DNA of 64,000 nucleotides from Elsinoe ampelina (Eukaryota): NCBI GenBank assembly GCA_010093995.1, contig ML992507.1, positions 140,781 to 204,780 of the forward strand, read 5' to 3'. Shown piece by piece: positions 1 to 11,810 of this stretch (position 1 is its first letter; each line of letters starts with the position of its first letter). The notes under the pieces were generated by a model. It saw only the letters and a program-made list of their open reading frames with translations, ran no database searches and was not told where the DNA came from. The position numbers and the translations under genes were made by a program.

Positions 1-1796
1 TAAAGTAAATTGTTTTATTATTAAGAAGAGAGAAAGGAAAAGCTATTATAACTCTATTACTAGCTACTTATACCTAAGCTATATCTACTACTTAGTACTA
101 TTATTACCTTTAATAACCTCTACCTATCTTCTACCTCTAATTACTTCTTTATAGAAGGAGAACTCCTTCCCTTATTACTACTAGCAGACCTTATAGAAGT
201 GTTAGATCTAGACCTACTATGCCTTATTAGTGCTAGGCCTAGTATAAAGGCATAAATAGAAGGAAGCTAACTAGGGTAGCTAGTAGCTATAATCCTTATA
301 AGCTCTACTATATAGTTTATTACTATAGTAGCTAAGTTATAAACCTTAGTAGCGGTTAGGTTAATAGGATCTATAAAGTTTATAGGGACTACTATAAAGT
401 AGCGAGAGTTAGTATAAGTTATTAAGGTATTAACTACACCTAATGATGCCCCTAGTATATAGGCCCTTAGTAAGAACCTCTAAGGCAAAGTACTACTAAA
501 AGAGACAGACTTTAGGAGCTCTATTAGTAGGTGTATTAGGCTATATAGAATAGGCTAGGTAATGACCCTTAAGCTACTCGGGGTCCTTATAGGTTTAGGA
601 GAGCTAATAGGCCTTAGAGTTAGAGTATAGTTAGCTAAGGAACATCTAGCATATTAGTTGCTATAAGCATAGTAAGTGTAGGCCTTATTAAGCTAACTAG
701 GCAAAGTAATGTACTTACTAAACTTACTACTCTTACTCTTGCTCTAATTATTGCTAGGGTTAGATCTCTAACACTTAGTACAGCGATTAGTACTATAGTA
801 GACTACTCTACTAGTAGCACTAGAAGCTATTAAAGCAGTAGAGTAGTTAGCAGATCTAGTAAGGTTAACTTACTTAGTTAGATCCTTAACTAGAATAGGA
901 TTAATAACTACTAGGTGTGCACTACGGGTACTAAAGGCCTAGACTACTATAGACCTCTAGATAGGATATAAGTTAGTATAGTTATAATAACTAATTATCC
1001 TAAGCCTAAGGAGAGTATTCTAGATTATGTCGGCTAACTATTAAGTCAAAGTCTAAGTTAATTAGGCTATTAATGTTAGCTTATGCTATTAATGCTTTAT
1101 AGCTACTTACTAAGAGTATTAAGACGAGTAATTAGTCTTATAGTAGTATTATAATTAACATTAGAAGTACTAGGCAACCTTAATAGAGAATTTCTCTTCT
1201 TACTACTACCTCCGCTACCTAGTAGACTACTTAGAGCACTAGCACTAGTAGCAATGCTACTAATGCCTAGCTATTGCTACACTATAGCGCTTATGTTATA
1301 AGTGTTGTTAATGTAGCATAGTAAGAAGGTAAAAGTGTTATATAAAAGAAAAGGCTACTACTATAAGTATAATAAAGGAAAGAGAAATCATAAAGAGGCT
1401 AGTTAGATACTTATATCTCTTTAATTAAGACTTATAAGCTAGTCTATTTACATAAACAATAGCTACCTAGCTATTATTAATAGTTACTATTATTGCTAGT
1501 AATTATAAGCTAAACTAATAGTGAATTCTTACTAATGATTAGCTAACACTAACAATTATAAGCAATTATAAAGAGATAAAGTAATAAGCTAATTACTTTA
1601 CTTATATATAATAGGACAGTTCTCTAGCTTTAGCAATCTATACTAGAGGGGGAGTGTTGTAATAGAAGGCTAGTACAGCTTCTCTAGTACTAAAGAACTG
1701 GTACTAATAAGTCAGCGTACGCACAGTAGATAAATCGGTTATTGTAACTCTCTGAATGAAACACACGTCTCTCGATCCGATTTGCTAGTTACAACA
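1..1796 (+). mobile_element. RIP-degraded LTR retrotransposon, 3' part (internal region, PPT and 3' LTR); truncated by window start
   Basis: AT-rich, with visibly strong TpA excess and CpA/TpG depletion and no ORFs in the track. Polypurine tract AGAGGGGGAG (1645-1654) is directly followed by TGTTGTAA...TTACAACA. The junction resembles Copia-type ends, but the superfamily is not established. Confidence 0.85.
1655..1796 (+). repeat. Long terminal repeat (~142 bp) with 8-bp terminal inverted repeats
   Basis: Starts TGTTGTAA (1655) and ends TTACAACA (1796); preceded by the PPT. Confidence 0.8.
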
Positions 1797-3434
1797 GTTA
1801 CAACACGACCGGCATGTGCATGCCAAGGAGCCGCAATGACTTGGCAAGGAAAGACCGGCCTCCGTACTCAAGCAGCATCTCCAGACCTGTGACACATCTT
1901 AACAAGCTAGTGGCATGCGGCTTTCAACGGACATTAGCACTGAGTACTCCTTGAACTGATCCAATGCTGAGGTCAATGACCGTGATGTCACCCGCGATTC
2001 ATTGGAGGCGGTATATGTCACTTTCGATCAACTTGTCACTGTGTCGTGACGAAAAGCTTACTGACCAGGAAGGACCCCCAGCACGATCACTGTAGGTATT
2101 TGGAGCGCCGCCTCGAAGCGGCGGCACGGTCACTTGGTCACGGTGGCACTTTTCTTGGCCCTTAGCGGTCGAGATCTACCGCGCCGCAATTTACATCTCT
2201 GCTCGGACCGGTGCGTCGGTATCAGGACCTCCACCGATCTTGCTTTTCCCTTACGGCACAGTCAGACTTTCAACGACACCAGACTGGCTTCCAATAACAG
2301 CTCGGGACCGCGATTGGACTGCATCAGACCACCATCTCAACCCGCCACGACTTGCACATCAACAAGTGCGGAGTGGCGTAAACGCCATGCTCATCCCACG
2401 CTGCCATATCAAGGGGTGAAAATCTGACGGACATGACGCTACCTCCTCGGTGTCCCTGTCCAGGTGCACCTGGACCCCCAGGCCCGCCTCGATCAACAAG
2501 TGGTGTGCCGTTGTGTGTACTATCGCGCTTCGATGACATACAAGGACCTGCACGTGGGCTAGACAAAGCCATCGCAGCATCAGATTATCTGCACTACAAG
2601 GGACTCCAGAAGATTGATCCGCGGTCTCGCTGGATGCCGCCTCGGCAGATGAGTCCTTCACCAGGCACAATATAGCTCCGTTTCGCAGGTCGAGATGCGA
2701 GACATGCATGAGAGTAGCTCGTGCGCCTCCGTCCATTCTAGACTTTGCAGCACAGCTAGGGCTTGTTTCGCGAGAGCCAATCGGATTTCAACAAGAACCG
2801 TTCCTGGGCACGCATACCACAACATGCAGCTCCTGAGACCTACGCCGCTCAGTCAAATCCTGCGACTGGGCGACGTGTGGGCGGTGTAGCCTTGCACGTT
2901 CGAGACTAGACGACCGGTGAGGATGCCTACTGCACGCTAGAGAATCTGCACTAGCGACATCCAAAAGTACCCAGGCTCTTTGCAGCCCAGTTGACCAATG
3001 TCGCTCTCACGTGCCATAGTCAGACCGCCCGGCTCCCCCGATTATAGCTCGGACATACACTGAGATATCGACGCGCCACAATCCTAAGGCTTTCGATAGT
3101 CTGTGAAGACCCACGACATAGGAATCTGGACTCCTTGGTGCTGCATGAAACACTCTCATCACGGCATACCAGACTCGCCAGCTGAGACGCGGTGGCGTTC
3201 TGGACACGTCGTGTGATGGCGAGTCTAAATCTATGGACTCATTAGCCGATGAGTGGACTGACATGGGAAGCTCAGAGTGACTGTCGGCAAGGCATAAATA
3301 CAGCCTGTCGCTCATCAAAGTTCCCTCTCATCTTCCAGTCTCATCCAGATCAGAGACAGACCGCCCGATCCTCCATCAGCTCCTTGCTCAAGATCACTTC
3401 GTCAATCTCTTTTCCCTTCAACCACTTGGCAATC

Positions 3435-4229
3435 ATGCATACCAAGCCCATCGTCCTTACGACTTTCGCCGCCTCCACCGTCGCTCAACGAGGCTTTGAC
3501 GATTCGAGCTATGCTGGCGTCAGAAACCCCAGCGCTCGCCACTACTTCCGCGGCGAGGTCGCTTCCGGCATGCGCATGAACGGCGAACTCTATGGCAATG
3601 CCAGCTACGTCAACGGTGAATATCAGGCATGGATAGACAGTATTCAACTCTGCCAGATCAACGGCCAAGACATTCCCGGCACAGGCTGGCGTGGTACCTG
3701 CCACAGGGGTATCTTCACAAGGTCGGTCGTCGACGCTGTCCAATCGGTAGCCACGGACGGGAACAACAGGAACCCCGGCCATACACGAGTCTCATACGGC
3801 GCCAATACCAAGCAACGAGTTTATGTTTTGGCAGATGCCGGTCAAGGCCAGTCTTGTGACCGGAAACCGGAAGCGGCAGTTGCTAGATGTAGCGACCTCC
3901 AGGGTCCTAGCAGCTACATGAGCGACATCAACTTCACCATGGACGAAAACGCTGCGGGAAAGAGGAAACTCAAGGTCACATGCAAGAAAGCTTGTGGTGA
4001 TGCTGGTTCCCCCGATCCTACCGACATGACCAACCTTGTTGAGGACACCCTGATTCCTTCTCTGCGTAGGAATGGCGCCATGGCTGCTGGTTTCAATTTT
4101 CACAGAAAATCAGACGGCATGATCTATGCCCGCTGCAGGGTCACTGTCGCCGGAGAGGTCTGGTACGACAGAGTTACCAACTGCCCGGACTATGTCCAGG
4201 ACTCAACCGAATTCGTCGGTCAGTGGTAG
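3435..4229 (+). CDS. Secreted cysteine-containing protein of unknown function (264 aa), candidate effector
   Basis: Intronless ORF from ATG 3435; signal-peptide-like MHTKPIVLTTFAASTVAQ; 8 Cys; TATA-like CATAAATA near 3293; no family recognised. Confidence 0.75.
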   Translation: MHTKPIVLTTFAASTVAQRGFDDSSYAGVRNPSARHYFRGEVASGMRMNGELYGNASYVNGEYQAWIDSIQLCQINGQDIPGTGWRGTCHRGIFTRSVVDAVQSVATDGNNRNPGHTRVSYGANTKQRVYVLADAGQGQSCDRKPEAAVARCSDLQGPSSYMSDINFTMDENAAGKRKLKVTCKKACGDAGSPDPTDMTNLVEDTLIPSLRRNGAMAAGFNFHRKSDGMIYARCRVTVAGEVWYDRVTNCPDYVQDSTEFVGQW

Positions 4230-4703
4230 TGAGCATGATCAAGGGGGATGCTGGCGATTCTTCAACTTGCGCTACTTCTTTGGCGCCAGAGCAACAACTT
4301 TCCAAGGCCCATCACAATCGTTTCGTTTTGCAGTGTCTTACTTGTTAGTTTGCAACACAGAATGTCACTCATTTGATAATCCCTGCTTTCCCGTTGTTGT
4401 CAATGTGGTCTCGCCTGCGAATAGCATCTAATCGCACCGTCCTGATCCGGAGCCAGTTGCACACACAACCATCATGACCGTGTATCTTGTGATGGACCAT
4501 CGAGAGACAAGATTCCAAACGCCTAGAACCAGTGAGTCAACAAAGCCGGGGAGATTCCACCCCAGGTCAGAACAGTCTGCAGACAGATCTCTGCAATCTT
4601 CGAGGACGAGGACGACCCAGAGCGCTGCTTCCGATCAATGTCCCTTACAATCTTATTGATTGTTTATTTGAGAGTTGGTATCATACATGACAAATTATAA
4701 TGA

Positions 4704-5834
4704 CTAGAGCCGGCTCTTGCCACCTTCCTTCTCCAACTCGATGACGAGTTTACCGAATTGACTGGCGCTCTTCATGTCCTCGAAAAGACTGTCAATGCCT
4801 TCGATGTTGTCTAGCCCAAACACCGACCGCGAGACGACAGGTATAACCTTCTTGTCGCTCACGAACTTGACCATGTCAGAGAACTCTTTCCGCGAGCCCA
4901 TGGTGCTGCCTTTGAGATCGATGTTCTTGAGCACTGCGCCCATGAAGAACGGCATCTTGGGTCCAATGGTCATTCCGTAGCTCACGATAGTGCCGCCGGG
5001 CTGTGAAATGTCAGCGTCAGATCATTGGCGCAAGCGTGCTCTACTGACTCTCATAATCTTCTGTGCCTTCTCAACCACGTCCCCGCCTGCTCCATCGATG
5101 ATCGCATCGACAAGCTTCCTATCCTTTGGCAACAGACCGACCAACTTCTTCTCCCAGCCTTTTTCCTTGTAGCTCACACCCCCTTTGGCGCCCAGTTCGA
5201 TAGCCTTCCTGATCTTGTCCTCGCTGCCGCTTGTCACGTACACGTTCGCGCCGGCCGCAACCGCATAGCTCAATGCCATCAACGCCACCCCTCCACCAAT
5301 GCCAGTGACCAGCACGTTCCGTCCTTGTTTGCAATTCCCACTCTTCGTCACAGTCGCTCTCCAAGCCGTCAATCCTGTCAAAGGCAAAGCCGCAGCTTCG
5401 ATCGCAGACAAATGCGCTGGCGCCTCCTCAAGCTCTCCCTGCCCAATGACCAGTGATTCCGTCAGTGTCCCTATCTTGTTCATTTTGGTGCCACCCAATA
5501 TGGCATATCCTTTCGGATCCTCGGGTCCTTCAGGGTCGTCCTTCCATCCACTGCCGGGGTTTATAATGACGCGCTTTCCTTGCCATTGTGTAGCTTGCTC
5601 GCCGGTAGCAACGACAGTACCGCACCCATCGGCGAGGAGAGGGACTCCAAACGTCGTGCCTGGGTAAAGGTGCTGTCGCAGGAAAAGGTCGCGGTGATTG
5701 AGAGCCGCGGCGAGCATGCGTACCCGCACATCGTTCGGTCCAAGTTGCTGGTCTGGCACTTGAATCTTTTCCAGGGGATAGTAGACCTGACCAGGTTTCC
5801 CTGGAACTTGCCGGATGGAGATCGCGGTGGGCAT
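4704..5834 (-). CDS. Medium-chain dehydrogenase/reductase (quinone oxidoreductase-like), predicted peroxisomal
   Basis: AAALNHRD, AAALPLTGLTAWRA, VLVTGIGGGVA, QFGKLVI motifs; one GT-AG intron (~5002-5048) joins KIMR|PGGTIVSYG; C-terminal -SRL is a PTS1. Confidence 0.9.
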
Positions 5835-6428
5835 TGTGATAGTGTGGCGAGCGAGGTGAGGAGAGTGAGAGTGAGAGTGTAAGAGGTGCCTGGGAAGAGC
5901 TCAGGATTGATGTCATGGAGCTGGGGAAGGAGACCCCACATTTTTTTGCGGGGGGCCGAGGCAAAGATGGCGGTAATTAAAGTCGAGATTTTTGAATCTC
6001 TCTCTGTAGGATTGTCAACATGCAGCGGTCCCAGAGTGAGCATAGATCCTGACAATGTTGCAGACAGGCCGGCGGGTGAGGTGTTGTGAAAGGCTACATT
6101 GCTAGATGCTCAGAAAGCCTGAGGCGACCAGAACGCCATTTTCCTCCATTCCATGGCTTCTCATATCATCAAAGCTATTATCGTGACTGCTGAGTTCACG
6201 AGTCAGTTTAATTGGGACCGAACCTCAACCGGGATTGAGATATGAACGGCATTCCTCGATGATTTGGGGGAAAACCTTTGCTGCGACGTTCAGAGGCCTG
6301 ATTCACATACGTTGCCAGGCTAGTCTGTACAGCTTTCGCTGGCCAAAGTCGGAACTTACGAAGGATACAAATGCGAGGTACATGGATCCTTCTTTCTATT
6401 ATTTCTCATCGAGCTCAAAGTTTTCGTC

Positions 6429-7037
6429 ATGCGGTTTCAGCTTTTCCTTTGTTCGTGCTTGCTCACTGGGACGTACTCGGCACCCGGAAGAAGGTCACCG
6501 TCAGGCGGCGATGAGCTTTCTCTACAACATCAACCATATGAGTGGCTTGGTTGGCGTAGCATCGCCAGAGTAATCTTCATTGAGATAGTCGACGCCGATG
6601 TGGAGAGTCGAAGGCGTCCAGTGGCAGGCGACAATGCGGTGTCGCCAACGCCATGCCACCAGCACCGACGACCTCTACACGCGCCGCCCCACTGGCCATT
6701 CAGCCGCGACGAAGACGACTCGAATCTACCCACCAAGACTAAACAGAGACGCCCGACTCCAGGACCATGCACGACCAGATGTCTCCCAGGAACGAATTCT
6801 GATTGCCTTACCAGCTGCGCACCGGCCAAGCAACATCAGACGCCGACTTCAACAATGGTCAAGCCTACCAAAACAACTGATGGGATGGACTCCACACCCA
6901 TAGCGGAAACAACTGAACAATCGAACTCTCCACCAGATGACTTGAATCTCGCGTATCATCCAATGCCAGGGATGCAGCAGATCCTGAAAACGCCCGAGAG
7001 AACAGCAGGGGCGGTGACGACCAGGGACAGATATTGA
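6429..7037 (+). CDS. Possible secreted hypothetical protein (202 aa)
   Basis: Signal-peptide-like N-terminus MRFQLFLCSCLLTGTYSAP, a CTTRC...CLTSC cluster and a Thr/Pro-rich tail; no homology recognised. Confidence 0.4.
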   Translation: MRFQLFLCSCLLTGTYSAPGRRSPSGGDELSLQHQPYEWLGWRSIARVIFIEIVDADVESRRRPVAGDNAVSPTPCHQHRRPLHAPPHWPFSRDEDDSNLPTKTKQRRPTPGPCTTRCLPGTNSDCLTSCAPAKQHQTPTSTMVKPTKTTDGMDSTPIAETTEQSNSPPDDLNLAYHPMPGMQQILKTPERTAGAVTTRDRY

Positions 7038-7911
7038 AGAGATCGGTGGCTTGATGCATGGCTGCGGGCCGCGGCGTAGAGAGGTCCGCAAGTAGTGTGC
7101 AACTCATGATACCCACGAAAGTAGTGGAAAGGGATTGACCTCAAAAGCCGTGCCAGACAGTCGGGCCGATGATATCTTCGGAAATGTTATGTCCTCTAGC
7201 CCTGACGCCACATGATATTGGTTCGTTGTCATGTGTCCGTGAAGTCATTTGGTAGCGAAGGAATAAAGTTGGATACTGTATCGCCTGCCAGAGTGTCCGC
7301 TTGCCACGTGCGGCTCTTCTGAGCCCTGCATCCCTTGAGTTCATTTCGAGACTTGGCGATCCAAAAGAGGCAAGTGGATCTTGGTCCGGAAACCTTCGTG
7401 ACAACGACTCTTTTGTCCTTGACCACCGCATGCCATGCCTGTCATATTGGACCTCAATTCGGTGACAGAATGCTGGAATCCTTTAGTCAATACCTCTATA
7501 CGCAGTTGACGCCTAAGACGATCTCAAGGTACCAAGAGAAAGACAAAGGCGGAGCTCTTCACTCTTTATCCGGACGCAACTCAAAACTTGCTCAAGCCAA
7601 GAACTTGCTCAAATGGCAGCGGAATCCACTTTGGCCCGCCAAAAACTGTTTCGAGACCGCTCCGAAGTGAATGCCACGAGACAATGTGCATGCTGATATG
7701 ATAAGTAGGGTATGGTGTGTTTCTTCTCGTCTACACCTTCACCTTTCCCATCCCCCTCCACAACTGCCACACATCTTCGAACGGCTGATTGACTACACCA
7801 ATGTCTTTGCGGTAACTGCGACGACGACGTGCTCCTCACCTCCGACAATATTCCAGCGCATCTAAACTCCCTCCCTCCCTCAGCTACGCCGGATCGCCAC
7901 ACGCAAACACA

Positions 7912-9843
7912 ATGGCTACCATGAAGGCGTCTCTTCTCGCGCGGCAGCACATCCAGGACTTTGCAAATGCCAAACAGCTTGAGCCTCACTGGGGCTACGC
8001 GGAACGAGTCGTACCATGTGTCAACGACAAGGGTTCATGTGAGTATCTCGACATTATCTATGGCTCACACGACCTGGGTATGATCTACACGGCTGTGTTT
8101 TGGGCTCTTCTCGTCGCCATCTTCGGTTCCTGGGCGCTGGTACGCCTCCTGTGCCGACCTGGCAAAGGCTCAGAAGGACCGATTGAACAGGTTGGTGGTT
8201 TGAACAAGGCCCTACGCAGTCTGGCTGCGACCAGTCGGAGATACCTGCTGCCTGAGTTTGGGGGCATTGGGAGAAAGATCTTTAGTCGAACGACACGGTT
8301 GCAGATTACCATCCTCGCCGTGTTGGCTGCGTATCTGTTCATTTTCTCATTCCTGGGCATGCGCTGTAAGTTACAATCGACAGCAATGAGCTTCTACGCT
8401 AACCAGCTTCCAGTCGCTAAGTGGGTGACACCCATCAAGGCACATCCAGGCCACTTCAACACCCGAACTTCCATCGGGCCGTTCGCGAACCGTGTCGGCG
8501 TGCTCGCCTACGCCTTGACGCCATTTTCTATCTTTCTTGCTTCGCGAGAATCAGTCTTATCACTGGCTACCGGTCTTCCTTATCAGAGCTTCAACTTTCT
8601 CCATCGATGGCTTGGCTACATCATTCTAGTACAGTCTATGCTCCACACCATGGGTTGGATCATCATCGAGACCTGGCTATATCAACCCCAGCCAACGACA
8701 GCCATTCACATCTTTTCCGAAACATATATCATCGCCGGTATTGTGGCACAATTCTTGCTCTTGGTGCTCTTCGTCCTTTCGATGAGTCCTGTGATCAGAT
8801 GGACCGGCTACGAGTTTTTCCGAAAGGCACACTACGTCCTGGCCATGCTCTACATCGGCTTCTGCTGGATGCACTGGGCGAAGTTGTACTGCTTCCTGAT
8901 CGCATCTCTCGTTCTCTGGGCTGTAGATCGTGGTCTTCGCCTGCTACGCACTGCCTACCTTCATTATCGTCCCTCGAAGGAGAGCAAGATTCTTGAGTCC
9001 GCAAAGTCGACCTTCACCTCCTTCCCCGACGAGGTAAACGGCGACATTATCCGCATCACCTTCCCTCACCAGCGTGCATCGTTCAAGATCGGCCAGCACT
9101 TCTACCTCACTTTCCCTCGTATCACTCTTTGGCAGTCACATCCGTTCACTCCTTTAACCTTGCCAGACAGGGTCGAGGGAAAAGTACAACACACTTATAT
9201 TTTCCGCGCGAAACAGGGAGAGACCAGACGTCTGGCGCTCACAGCGAGAGCTCAGGGTGGTCTAGCAGACGTACCAGTCGTCCTGTCAGGCCCTTACGGC
9301 ACCGCCATCACCAACCGACTCGGCGGCGAAGCCAACGTGCTTTGCATCGCAGGTGGCACGGGTATCACATTCGTGCTCCCCATTCTTCTGGACATGATCA
9401 ACAAAACGCCGGTCGAAGGACGAAAAGTCACGCTCATTTGGGCAGTAAGAACGAGAGGAGATGTCCAATGGGTCGCCGATGAGCTGGCTAAAGTCCGAGA
9501 GGCAGAGAACACACACGATATCGATGTAAGGATCTTTGTCACAAGGGATAACACGAAGGACAAGACCGTCGTGGTTGGCGAGAAGGGAGAAGATACCGGA
9601 TCCGACTCTGGCGACGAAAGCACATTAGACGTGGCAGATGGGCGACCAGATCTCAACAAGCATGTGCACGGTTTCGTACAGGAAGTTGTACGAGCACGAA
9701 CGGCGGTCTTTGCGTCTGGCCCCGGCGAAATGATCAGTGAGCTGAGAGCGGTGGTCGCCAGTGTCAACGACGGAGGAAAAGTATGGCGAGGAGACAGCAC
9801 GGGCGATGTGGAATTGACTTGTGACGATCGATTAGAATGGTAG
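7912..9843 (+). CDS. Ferric/cupric reductase transmembrane component (FRE family)
   Basis: Heme His motifs FLHRWLG...LHT and FRKAH...MH; FAD motif HPFT; GPYG; NADPH motif IAGGTGIT; in-frame 48-nt intron ~8366-8413. Confidence 0.92.
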   Translation: MATMKASLLARQHIQDFANAKQLEPHWGYAERVVPCVNDKGSCEYLDIIYGSHDLGMIYTAVFWALLVAIFGSWALVRLLCRPGKGSEGPIEQVGGLNKALRSLAATSRRYLLPEFGGIGRKIFSRTTRLQITILAVLAAYLFIFSFLGMRCKLQSTAMSFYANQLPVAKWVTPIKAHPGHFNTRTSIGPFANRVGVLAYALTPFSIFLASRESVLSLATGLPYQSFNFLHRWLGYIILVQSMLHTMGWIIIETWLYQPQPTTAIHIFSETYIIAGIVAQFLLLVLFVLSMSPVIRWTGYEFFRKAHYVLAMLYIGFCWMHWAKLYCFLIASLVLWAVDRGLRLLRTAYLHYRPSKESKILESAKSTFTSFPDEVNGDIIRITFPHQRASFKIGQHFYLTFPRITLWQSHPFTPLTLPDRVEGKVQHTYIFRAKQGETRRLALTARAQGGLADVPVVLSGPYGTAITNRLGGEANVLCIAGGTGITFVLPILLDMINKTPVEGRKVTLIWAVRTRGDVQWVADELAKVREAENTHDIDVRIFVTRDNTKDKTVVVGEKGEDTGSDSGDESTLDVADGRPDLNKHVHGFVQEVVRARTAVFASGPGEMISELRAVVASVNDGGKVWRGDSTGDVELTCDDRLEW

Positions 9844-10414
9844 ACCTGGCCCAAAGCCGATTTCAGATTCATACACACACAGCTTCTTATGAATGGCCGG
9901 TTCCGGTACAATTGGGGACTTTGAAGACTGTGCCAGTGTTTCCCCTGCGTGCCAAGAGACCATATTGACCCCTGCTCAACGGCTTTCAACTTGTCCTTGG
10001 CAAGGGAGAGCGTAAGTTTTCTGCGGCTTTTCCATCGCGGGGCTGAAAGATGTGCAGTCATCTTTCATCATTACCTACCGCCATTATCGGATCTCGCATT
10101 TTTGCGCATCACAGTATTTGTAGAAGGCACCTAGCCAAATATGCCGTCCGACATAGTGCCATCGGTACCTCGAGAGCGGGTAAACATAGACGATCCGGAG
10201 CGCCCAAGGGCCCCATTGCACTCGAGGCATCTCGACAGCTTTTCGCGCGCCGTTGGATCTGCAATATGATCCATGCACACCAAGTGCCATACGATTTACC
10301 ACCCCTTTCCGCCACAGAAGGCGTCTAGTGCGCATTGGTCAGCTGGGAGGTATATGTCCGGCCAATTCCCACTTTGTTTCATGGAGCTCTACGACCTTTC
10401 CTTTTCTTGACCTG

Positions 10415-11810
10415 ATGGAGGAACCCGTGGGCAGTTGGAATGACAGCGTGATGGCTCAAGAAATGGACGAGCTGAAGAAAGAAGGAAGTCTAGATGAAGA
10501 ACCACTGCTGGACGACGGGGCCCTTTACCGACGGGAAAGGAAACGACGCCGCAGACTCGACATGCATCCACTGCCTGCAGCTCTCATTCTAGCAGTATCG
10601 TGCCTCACCACGCTGATATTGGGCTTTGTGCTGGGCCGGATAGGTCCGTCCAAGAGCGACATGCGAGTGAAATCGAATCCAGACGATAACTTCTGCTAAC
10701 CTGTACTGCTAGCATGTCAACACCACTCGTTAAGGATCTGTATGCCTGGATGAAGAGCACCGCCGAGAAGACCCCTGTCGCTCAAATCGTACCTGCAGCA
10801 CCCGCGCCAGCACCTGTAGCTTCAACCCTGCCTGGCATCGGGAATCCGGAAGAATTGACAATCTTCGACCTGTTCCGGATGTTACCGCCCGTGGATCTCT
10901 ACCAAGAATATGGCATTCGCCATAGTGAACTGTCACTATACCCAGCCCCGCTCAAAGAACAAATCTGCATCGTCAATGCGGACACAAGAAAGTGGAGTCC
11001 CGAGGAGCACAAGGACCTGAAAGGTTTGGACGTGTTGCATTACGGATATCTGAATCATTATCTGTTCGGTGAGTCTTGCAGGACCTCGTATCTGAACACA
11101 CTGACTTTGGCATAGCTCAAATCCACGGATATACCTTCAAGCACATCCAAGCTCCCGAACAACCAGGTTTGCATAGCACCTGGGTCAAGATCAAGGAGCT
11201 CTATCGCATGACTTTACGAGACGAGTGCAAATTCGTCATCATGATGGACGGCGATACCATATTCGAAGATCTACGAGTGCCCTTGGAAGCTCTTCTCAGC
11301 CATTGGAACATCACCTCCGAGGTCACGCTAGCCGGCGGGGTGGATATCGACAGGTCTGTGGACGACCGAGGAAGATTACAACTCAACACAGGGTTCGTCA
11401 TCACACAGAAGACGCCCATCCTGGACAGACTGATGCTCGACTGGATCGATTGTCCGACGGACGTCAAATACCGCAATTGCTCGAAATGGAAAGAGAACTG
11501 GTCCCATGAACAGGCTGCGCTGTCTAATTACATTCGGTATGATCCAGATTACAGACCTTATATTCGGGAACTGCCAGTCGAAGAAATACACCTGGGTGGT
11601 TTCATCAAGCACTACTGGGACAGAGAGAAGCCCAAGCTTGCTCGAGCATCCAAGGACGCCATCCTGAACCGTTTCATGCCATCCATCTACCGAGGGCTGC
11701 TGAACGATTGGAGCAGGATTCATGAGAAACCTACATTGAGGATGTACAATGCAATGATGAAGACGCATAGACCGCAGAAGGAGAATAGTGGACCAATACG
11801 ACGTGGATAG
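10415..11810 (+). CDS. Glycosyltransferase family 34 (GMA12/MNN10-like), type II membrane protein
   Basis: Single TM helix after RRRRR; HGYTF, TWVKI, MMDGDTIF (DxD), LNTGF, WSHEQAAL; introns ~10644-10712 and ~11069-11114. Confidence 0.85.

Noticed and set aside
1806..3300. Short ORFs and an intron-like signal beside the LTR
   Set aside because: No coherent gene model could be built
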